Below, one piece after another: positions 57,119 through 64,000 of a DNA stretch of 64,000 nt (positions are counted from its first letter, which is position 1; every line of letters begins with the position of its first letter). The translations under genes and the position numbers were made by a program. This DNA comes from Planctomycetota bacterium (GTDB taxonomy: Bacteria; Planctomycetota; SZUA-567; H5-PLA8): positions 192,001 through 256,000 of the forward strand of contig JBBRPR010000001.1 of assembly GCA_038227875.1 (NCBI GenBank), read 5' to 3'. Below the pieces are notes generated by a model. It was given only the letters and a program-made list of their open reading frames with translations, did not search any database and was not told the origin of the DNA.

Positions 57119-57820
57119 GTGGACGATCGAGTCATTGCCATAGACGGGCCCGCGGGCAGCGGTAAATCAACGGCTGCGCGGCGGTTGGCCGATGCGCTGG
57201 GCTACACGCATCTCAATACCGGAGCGATGTATCGCGCGGTGGCGTTTCTGGCGACGGAAGGCGGCATCGATCTGGTCGACGAGAAGAAAAAATCCGTCAT
57301 CGCCAACATCGCCCGCAAGATGGAATTCGAGTACCGCATCATCGGGACCAAGCAGCACTTCTTCGTCAACGGCGCCGACCACACCGAAGAACTCTTCCGC
57401 GCAACGCTGACGGCGCAGCTCAAGCCGGTGGTGAACAACCTCGACGTCCGCGAAGCCCTCGTCCAGAAAATGCGCACGGCCGTGGAGCGCTTCCTGGCCT
57501 CCGGCGCCAAGGGCGTCGTGATGGAAGGCCGTGACATTGGCACCGTGGTCTTCCCCAACGCTGTGCTCAAGTTCTACATTCATGCCGACCTGGATGCCCG
57601 CACACACCGCCGCGCCAAGGAATTGATTTCACGCGGCGAGGAAGTTGATTTCGAAGGCCTGCGCAAACAGATTCAATACCGCGACGACGCCGACAAGCAG
57701 CGCGAAGTGGGCGGCCTTAAACAGGCTCCCGACGCGATCGACCTCGACACGACGCATCTGGATCTGGATGCGACGCTGCGCAAGCTGCTCGATGACGTTC
57801 ACGCGAAAGCGAAGAAGTAA
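57119..57820 (+). CDS. cmk: Cytidylate kinase
   Basis: IAIDGPAGSGKST, NTGAMYRA, MEGRDIGTVVFP.A.LKFY, RD..D. Confidence 0.96.
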   Translation: MDDRVIAIDGPAGSGKSTAARRLADALGYTHLNTGAMYRAVAFLATEGGIDLVDEKKKSVIANIARKMEFEYRIIGTKQHFFVNGADHTEELFRATLTAQLKPVVNNLDVREALVQKMRTAVERFLASGAKGVVMEGRDIGTVVFPNAVLKFYIHADLDARTHRRAKELISRGEEVDFEGLRKQIQYRDDADKQREVGGLKQAPDAIDLDTTHLDLDATLRKLLDDVHAKAKK

Positions 57821-57878
57821 AGCAGGCAGTCCATCGGAACTCCGGGCGAGCCGCCCGGACTACAAAAAGCCCGCCACT

Positions 57879-58190
57879 TCATTCCGGTTCGTACGTGAAC
57901 ATCAGCGGAAACTTCTGCGTGCGGGCGAGGGAATGCGCCTGTTGTGAGCGCAGTTCTGCCTGCTCCAGCGGCAGGACCGTCACCAGCGCGATGCCGGTTT
58001 TGTGCGCGACGATCATGATTTCGGCGGCGTCCTGGATGTTTTTCTTGAACACTTCCATCAGCACATAAACGACGAACTCCATCGGCGTGATGTCGTCGTT
58101 GTGAATCAGGATCTTGTACATCGGCGTGAGCCGCGGCTTGATCTCCGTGACCTGTTTGGGCTCAATCACCGCCGGCTTGGTGTCGCTCAT
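57879..58190 (-). CDS. clpS: ATP-dependent Clp protease adaptor ClpS
   Basis: YKILIHNDDITPMEFVV..L..VF..AH..G...FPL. Confidence 0.95.
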   Translation of the reverse strand: MSDTKPAVIEPKQVTEIKPRLTPMYKILIHNDDITPMEFVVYVLMEVFKKNIQDAAEIMIVAHKTGIALVTVLPLEQAELRSQQAHSLARTQKFPLMFTYEPE

Positions 58191-59425
58191 TATTTGTCAG
58201 CCTGCAACGCGCCCTTGTTGGCTTCCCACCAGCGTTCCCATGCGCCACGGCCGTCGTCCCACTTCGGGTGAGGGCGGGGGAGGCAGATCTGCAGGCCGTT
58301 CTTGGCGATTTGGCGCAGGTCGCCGTTCTCGGCGTGCAGGTGCGGAATCAGCGCGTCGGCGATCAGCGCACGTTCGCGCTGGCTCAGCGTCGAGCCGAAA
58401 GTTTTCACTTCGTCTTCGTCGAATTTCTTCTCGTTGCCGCCGCAGGCTTCGACCATGCGTTTGCGGTCGCGGCCCTTGTCGCGCATCGGGGCTTCGCCGC
58501 CGGCGTAGCGCTTGGCGTAGACATCGGCGAGGAAGATCGCCGAGCTGGCGCTGGAGCAGCGCGAGATCAGGCCTTCCAGCTTTTCGATCGCGTCGCGAAT
58601 TTCGCGGCTGGTGAAGAAGCGTTCGGGCGGACCGTCGCCGCCTTCCGGGCCGACGATGCGCCGGCGCACGGAGACGCCGCCGACATCTTTCTCGTAAGGA
58701 ATCAGGACCAGGCGGCCGGTCTCGTAGATGGTGCGATGGGTCTCGAACATGCCGATCGCGGCATCGGGATCGGCGGGGCCGGCGATCTCCTCCCAGAGCT
58801 CCACCTTGGTCAGCATGTCAGTCGGATCGTTGTATGCCTGCGCGATCAGCGCATTGACCTGCGGACGGGCTTTGCGCAGTTCGCGGCCGACGCCGGCGTG
58901 TTCACCGTGCTTGAAGTCGCGGATGAGGGCGCGCAGACGTTCCTGCTCGGCGGCGGGAAGTTTGTAGCTGAAGCCCGCGTACGGATCGCGCGGACCGGCC
59001 GGCGCGGGAGCCGGTGCAAGCTCGGGACCCGGACCACGCGGCGCGGGCTGGCGCGGCTGAGGCGGAATCGGCGGCTGCGGCGGAATGGCCGGTTCCGGTG
59101 GGCGCGGGGGTTCGGGCGGAGCCGGCGGCGCCTTTGGTTCAGGCTGCGGAGCTGGAGCCGGGGATTTGGGCGCAGGTGTGGCGACCGCTCCACCCTTGGG
59201 TGCGAAGCGGCCCTGGTCGTCGATGTTCTGCTTGACGTAGTCGGCCTGTTCTTCGGTCAGCGTGCCAGCCTGGACGAAGATGTCGACCTTCTCCGGCGAG
59301 AGCGGCTCGAGGCGGTGGATCTGCTCCACCTTGGCCGGTTCGATGGTGACATCCGCGGCGCGCACGGAATTGGAATACGCGGCCAGTGAACAAAGAGCAG
59401 CTATGAGTGCGGCAGTGCGAAGCAT
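58190..59425 (-). CDS. Hypothetical secreted protein with Pro-rich linker and helical C-terminal domain
   Basis: Signal peptide ending VRA|AD; stop overlaps the clpS start (TAATG). Confidence 0.75.
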   Translation of the reverse strand: MLRTAALIAALCSLAAYSNSVRAADVTIEPAKVEQIHRLEPLSPEKVDIFVQAGTLTEEQADYVKQNIDDQGRFAPKGGAVATPAPKSPAPAPQPEPKAPPAPPEPPRPPEPAIPPQPPIPPQPRQPAPRGPGPELAPAPAPAGPRDPYAGFSYKLPAAEQERLRALIRDFKHGEHAGVGRELRKARPQVNALIAQAYNDPTDMLTKVELWEEIAGPADPDAAIGMFETHRTIYETGRLVLIPYEKDVGGVSVRRRIVGPEGGDGPPERFFTSREIRDAIEKLEGLISRCSSASSAIFLADVYAKRYAGGEAPMRDKGRDRKRMVEACGGNEKKFDEDEVKTFGSTLSQRERALIADALIPHLHAENGDLRQIAKNGLQICLPRPHPKWDDGRGAWERWWEANKGALQADK

Positions 59426-59651
59426 GCGGGATGAATCTCCAAGTGCGACGTGACGAAAAGCCCTGCAATCAGACGCGGCAGCAGCTTCAAGCCATCATAA
59501 TTTTACCGCTAAGGTGCGGCAGGTCATTTCTATTTTCCATTTTACGAACGTGGTTTCCCAATTGTCTAAAGGTGTTACAAAAGTAAGGGCCGATTTAGCC
59601 CATAGCCTGCAAGGTCGCCCTATACATTAATGAACGGTGGGAGATACCCCA

Positions 59652-61670
59652 ATGAAAATAACACTTGGATTGCTGGGCCTCATGCTGTGCGGCACGATGG
59701 TGATGGGTGGGGAGGCCGGGCTGGGTTCGCCGGATTTCAAACCCAGCCCGGAGCACCCGCTTGGATGGCGCGGCGACGGCACGGGCAACTATCCCGGAGC
59801 CACTCCGCCCACGACCTGGGGACGGACTTCCAAAGTGCTGAAGGATCTCTCCGCGCAGGCGCAGAAGCCCAAGGGTTCTGAGCCCGGCGGACAGAGCGTC
59901 GCCGATGGAACCATTCGCGACTGGCTGATCCTGGGCCCGGTGCCCTTGCCGGCGGAATCGAAGCTCTCGGTCGATTTCATCCCCGACGAAGCGAAGCTGC
60001 AACCCGACGAGAACGAAAAGACCGGCGACTTGACGTGGAAAGCGTACAAGGCAGAGAGCACGTGCCTGGATTTCAACACGATCCTGGGCAAGCATCCGAA
60101 CACGGCCGTCTTCGCGCACACGTATATTTACGCGAAGGAAGCGCATGCGTTGGCGCTGGCCGGCACGTATCACAACCGGCTGAAGTGCTGGCTCAACGGC
60201 AAGGAAATCATGTCGGGCGAAAAGGCGTGGTGCGCTTCCGCGGTGCTGAATCTGACTCCCGGCTGGAACCGCCTCCTGTTCAAGCTCGTTCCCGATGCCA
60301 CTCCCGATGGCGGAACGGAACTGCAGTGGTACTTCAGCCCGCAGCTCTTCGGTCGCGCGCCGTATGATTACGAAAACAAGAATATCGCCTGGATGACGAC
60401 GATGCCGGGCACGAGCAACGCGTCGCCCATCGTGGTGGGCTCGAAAATTTTCACGCCCGCGGAAACCTATGATCTGGTCTGCGTCAACAAGGCCGATGGC
60501 AAAATTCTGTGGGTCAACTCCGCCAATTACTACGAAACGGTGACTGACGAAGACCTGAAAGCATTTCCCGCGCTCAAAGACGCCGCGCCGTGGGCGGAAC
60601 GGATTCGGGCGATCAACAAGGCCTACTCGACGGCCACTCCGCCCGATGGAAAAATGCTCGAAGAGAAGCGCGGACTGGAGAAGAAGATTTACGATCTGAT
60701 GCTCACCGTCGATCGCAAGAAGTACAAGCTGCTCGACGGCCAGGACGTGGGCTTCGCCGGCATTGCGCCCGTCAGCGACGGCAAGTTTGTGTACGTCTGG
60801 TACGCCACGGGCATCACCGTCTGTTACGACCTGGACGGCAATCGCAAATGGATCCATCTCGATAACGACGTGCCCATGCGCGAACACGGCCTGGCGACAA
60901 CGCCAGTGCTGTGCGGCAACACGCTGGTGGTTCACATGAACGAGACGCTGGGACTCGACGCGACCACCGGCGCGGTGCTCTGGCGCCTGCCGCGCTTTTT
61001 CTACCAGGGCTCGCTGATCAACTTGAAGCTCGGCGGCGAAAATTTGTTCGTTGAACCCAGCGGCACCGTGCGCCGCGCCAAAGACGGCAAGGCGCTGTAC
61101 GACAACCTGGTTCAAGGAGCCATCACGTCGCCCGTGGTGAAGGACGGCATGATCTACGCCGGCGCCGAACCGTTGAAGCTGCCGGCGACCGCGGCTGAAC
61201 CGTTCAAGGTCGAGCCGATCAAGACCGGCCTGAAAGTCACTGCGACCCAGTTTCCGCATTTCTACTTCATCTGCACGACTTCATCACCGCTGGTCCATGA
61301 CGGCTTGATGTACAGCGTCGACATCGACGGCGTGCTGACCGTGATCGATGTCGCGGCGGGCAAGGTGCTCTACCAGCGCGTGGTCGATGTCAACATTCTC
61401 AATCACGCCAACATGAAAGCCGCACGTGGCCTGGGGGCCAGCCTGGCGATGGCGGGAAAGTACATCTACATATTCGGCAACCAGGGAACGGCGCTGGTGA
61501 TGGAGGCGGGCCGGGAGTTCAAGCCCGTGGCCAAGAACCGGCTGGAAAATTCTGTCGGTCGCGGCGAGTGGTACGAACACCAGGAGTCATCGATCAGCAG
61601 CCCGGTGTTCGAAGGCAGCCGAATGTACTATCGTTCGGAGCAGACGCTGTATTGCATCGGCGAGAAGTGA
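59652..61670 (+). CDS. Secreted PQQ-binding-like beta-propeller protein with inserted beta-sandwich domain
   Basis: GWRGDGTGNYP, NIAW..PG..ASPIVVG, PVSDGKFVY, SSPVFEGSRMYYR..LYCIG. Confidence 0.88.
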   Translation: MKITLGLLGLMLCGTMVMGGEAGLGSPDFKPSPEHPLGWRGDGTGNYPGATPPTTWGRTSKVLKDLSAQAQKPKGSEPGGQSVADGTIRDWLILGPVPLPAESKLSVDFIPDEAKLQPDENEKTGDLTWKAYKAESTCLDFNTILGKHPNTAVFAHTYIYAKEAHALALAGTYHNRLKCWLNGKEIMSGEKAWCASAVLNLTPGWNRLLFKLVPDATPDGGTELQWYFSPQLFGRAPYDYENKNIAWMTTMPGTSNASPIVVGSKIFTPAETYDLVCVNKADGKILWVNSANYYETVTDEDLKAFPALKDAAPWAERIRAINKAYSTATPPDGKMLEEKRGLEKKIYDLMLTVDRKKYKLLDGQDVGFAGIAPVSDGKFVYVWYATGITVCYDLDGNRKWIHLDNDVPMREHGLATTPVLCGNTLVVHMNETLGLDATTGAVLWRLPRFFYQGSLINLKLGGENLFVEPSGTVRRAKDGKALYDNLVQGAITSPVVKDGMIYAGAEPLKLPATAAEPFKVEPIKTGLKVTATQFPHFYFICTTSSPLVHDGLMYSVDIDGVLTVIDVAAGKVLYQRVVDVNILNHANMKAARGLGASLAMAGKYIYIFGNQGTALVMEAGREFKPVAKNRLENSVGRGEWYEHQESSISSPVFEGSRMYYRSEQTLYCIGEK

Positions 61671-61778
61671 TGGGTGAAGCTTTGGGCCTTTGGGCCCTAA
61701 GTTAAAATATATCGTTTTGTTGTACGTGTGGAACGCCTTGACCCGTCGTCGGAATGCTGGACGCATTCTAATTTAGAT

Positions 61779-62435
61779 CTACGCCGGCGGCAGTTCGTCG
61801 AGCGATGTGAGTCCGGCGCGCAGCGCGAACTTGGTCAGCTCGGCGACGCTGTTGACCTTCAGCTTGTCCATGATCTGGCGCCGCTGGGTGTCCACGGTTT
61901 TGATGCTGACGCCCAGGTCCGAGGCGATCTGCTTGGACGTCGAACCTTCGGAAAGCAACTTCACGATCTTCTGTTCGCGCTCGGTCAGCACGCTGGCGCT
62001 GCCGCCGGGCTGCGGGTTGAGTGCTTCGTCGATCAGCAGACTCGACAAGACGGGGCTGACGTAGCTCTGTCCCGCCGCGACAAGGCGGATGGCGTTGGCC
62101 AGTTCCTGGTACGCGCAGTTCTTCAATACGTATCCCAGCGCGCCGGCCTTCAGAATTCCGAACAGGATCTGGCGTTCGTTGTGCAGGGATAGCGCGATGA
62201 TCTTGATCGACGGCAGTTCGCTTTTGATCGTGCGGCAGACTTCGATGCCATTGGGCGGCGGCATGGAAATATCGAGCACCGCGACGTCGGGCTTGAGCTT
62301 GCGGAGCAGCTCCAGCGCGCTGGGTCCATCGTGCGCCTGGCCGACCACTTCGAAGTCCGCTTCCTTGCTCAGCAGAGAGGCCAAGCCGTCGCGCAAAATG
62401 GCGTGATCGTCGGCGATCAGAATACGAATGGGCAT
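61779..62435 (-). CDS. NarL/LuxR-family response regulator
   Basis: ILIADDH, LDISMP, GALGYVLK, LTERE..G.TSKQIA..L.VSIKTV. Confidence 0.95.
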   Translation of the reverse strand: MPIRILIADDHAILRDGLASLLSKEADFEVVGQAHDGPSALELLRKLKPDVAVLDISMPPPNGIEVCRTIKSELPSIKIIALSLHNERQILFGILKAGALGYVLKNCAYQELANAIRLVAAGQSYVSPVLSSLLIDEALNPQPGGSASVLTEREQKIVKLLSEGSTSKQIASDLGVSIKTVDTQRRQIMDKLKVNSVAELTKFALRAGLTSLDELPPA

Positions 62436-62448
62436 TGGTACGTCTCCT

Positions 62449-63486
62449 TCACGTCAACACGCGCCGGATCGCCTGAATCAGGTCCCGTGGCGCGAACGGT
62501 TTCAAGATCCGGTGGTGATCGTGCTCCGTGGCCTCCACCGTTTCTTCCGGTGTTCCCATGAATAACGCCTGCAGTCGTGGCCGTGTCACGCGCAGTGTTT
62601 CGAACAAGGACCGGCCGCTTCCACTTTTCATCATAGCGTCGGTGACGAGCAGATGCACGGGGTTATCCGAACTCGCGGCCAACGTCAGGGCCTCGCCGGG
62701 GCCGCCCGCTGCCATCACGGTAAAGCCGTGCGCTTCCAGCGCCGCGGCCGTCACCTGGCGGACTTGCGCATTCTCGTCGCACAGCAAGACCGTCCAGGCG
62801 CGCTCCGGCACTTTTCCCGTTGGAAGGCTGATGCTGAAGACCACCCGGTCAGGCGCATTCTTCACACTGATTTGGCCGCCGACCCGCCGCACGCGTTCGG
62901 TAATGGCGAAGACGGTGACCTCACTGGCGAGTGCCTCCAGCGATTTAGGCTGCGCTGCGAAGAATTCCACTTCCATCATGACCTGAGCGGCATCGCCGTC
63001 GACGCGAAGGTGGACGGTCTGCGCCTGAATCTGGTCGATCAACCAGCGCGCCCAGCGGAACAGTGCCTTGACCTGGATGACTTCCAGCACGTCCAGCCCG
63101 CCTTTGCAGCGCAGCTCGCAGGACATGCCGCGATGGCGCGGCGCGTAGTCGGTCAGCCAACCCAGAGCGGCGGCCAGTCCGATTTCTTTCAGCAACGGCG
63201 GCGAGGCGCGCGAAGAGATGCGCCGGACGCTCTCGAGAATCTGATCCACCTGTTTGAGGATGTTCGCCAGCGACTGCGCGGCGGCGGGATCGGAGCAGTT
63301 GTGCTGGCACTCGGTGAGTTTAAAAATCAGGCCGGTCAAATCCTGCGCGACGCCGCTGTGAAGCTCGGCGCCCACGCGGTCGCGCTCGGTTTCGAGGGCA
63401 CTCAAAGCCAGCTCGAGGGCTTCTCGAAACATTGCCGGATAAGCGGCATTATTTGCAGAATCCGCGTTAATCCGGTCCTCCGACAT
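62449..63486 (-). CDS. HisKA_3-like domain + degenerate HATPase + receiver domain
   Basis: ERDRVGAELHSGVAQDL, SPPLLKEIGL..AL; receiver VLLCDE, LLVTD, LKPF. Confidence 0.8.
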   Translation of the reverse strand: MSEDRINADSANNAAYPAMFREALELALSALETERDRVGAELHSGVAQDLTGLIFKLTECQHNCSDPAAAQSLANILKQVDQILESVRRISSRASPPLLKEIGLAAALGWLTDYAPRHRGMSCELRCKGGLDVLEVIQVKALFRWARWLIDQIQAQTVHLRVDGDAAQVMMEVEFFAAQPKSLEALASEVTVFAITERVRRVGGQISVKNAPDRVVFSISLPTGKVPERAWTVLLCDENAQVRQVTAAALEAHGFTVMAAGGPGEALTLAASSDNPVHLLVTDAMMKSGSGRSLFETLRVTRPRLQALFMGTPEETVEATEHDHHRILKPFAPRDLIQAIRRVLT

Positions 63487-63703
63487 TTCGTACTCCACAT
63501 TTGCGAGTCAAAAAATATATATACAAATCCCAATCCTACAAAGCTTTCCAGCGCACGCAACAGCACCGCCTTCCCGCTCAGTCTCGCCATCATAAGACTA
63601 AATGCTCGGGCACTTTGAACGTTTGCCGCGAGCGCTTTGAACCGTTGCTGTCATTTCTCGGAAAGCTCGACCTCCGGTTCGGTTCAAGATTGCCTGTATG
63701 CCA

Positions 63704-63719
63704 TGGCCGTGTAATTGCA
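63704..63719 (+). promoter_or_regulatory. Candidate sigma54 -24/-12 promoter (TGGCCG-TGTAA-TTGCA)
   Basis: GG-N10-GC spacing, about 80 nt upstream of ATG 63802. Confidence 0.5.
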
Positions 63720-63801
63720 AATTTGGTTCCCGTGTCGAAGCAGCAGTGAAAGTTTTTCCGGCTCGCGAGGCCGGACGGCGGACCAGTCTTAGGAATCGCC
63801 C

Positions 63802-64000
63802 ATGTCGAACCCAGAATGCACGAAAGCACTAGAGGCCTTGTGCGAAGCCGCCGTCTTCGCTGATCTGTCCGATTTGCGGACGGTGTCGAGTCTGTTGGAC
63901 GGATTCGAAAACCTGGATGTCGCCTGCAGCAAATCCAAGAAGGAGTCGGCTGCGGCGCTGTGTCGCCAGTGCATTCAGCGCCTTCATGCCATCATTCTCG
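63802..64000 (+). CDS. 5' part of a gene running off the window; helical N-terminus reminiscent of some CheA proteins
   Basis: AGGA RBS; MSNPECTKALEALCEAAVFADLSDL... open to the edge; product call is tentative. Confidence 0.5.
   Translation, partial: MSNPECTKALEALCEAAVFADLSDLRTVSSLLDGFENLDVACSKSKKESAAALCRQCIQRLHAIIL

Overview
A GC-rich bacterial chromosomal window of about 50 CDSs. The gene repertoire (PQQ-type beta-propellers, HEAT plus prenyltransferase-repeat protein, FHA kinase, long LepB) points by inference to Planctomycetota/PVC. Recognisable housekeeping genes are sfsA, a fabF-like gene with an ACP, rlmN, moaA, a polyprenyl synthase, mfd, lepB, cmk, clpS and a MazG-like pyrophosphatase. 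They are interspersed with regulators (two AraC, a sigma54 activator, NarL-type, receiver) and large secreted proteins, including one of about 3060 aa in an AT-shifted segment. I saw no rRNA, tRNA, CRISPR array or intact transposase. The most unusual observations are: (1) a predicted lipoprotein that appears to be the two periplasmic domains of an MMPL/RND lipid exporter without its TM helices, encoded next to a LolB/DUF4292-like lipoprotein; (2) a 1.3-kb repeat-dense intergenic region with twelve phased 10-bp repeats beside an AT-rich tract and a candidate structured RNA; (3) tandem LacI-type sensor proteins with neither HTH nor output domain; (4) two apparent pseudokinases; (5) palindromic repeat elements inserted in-frame in proteins; (6) a stand-alone IS630-type HTH. 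All family calls come from recognising motifs by eye, without database searches, and start codons are estimates.
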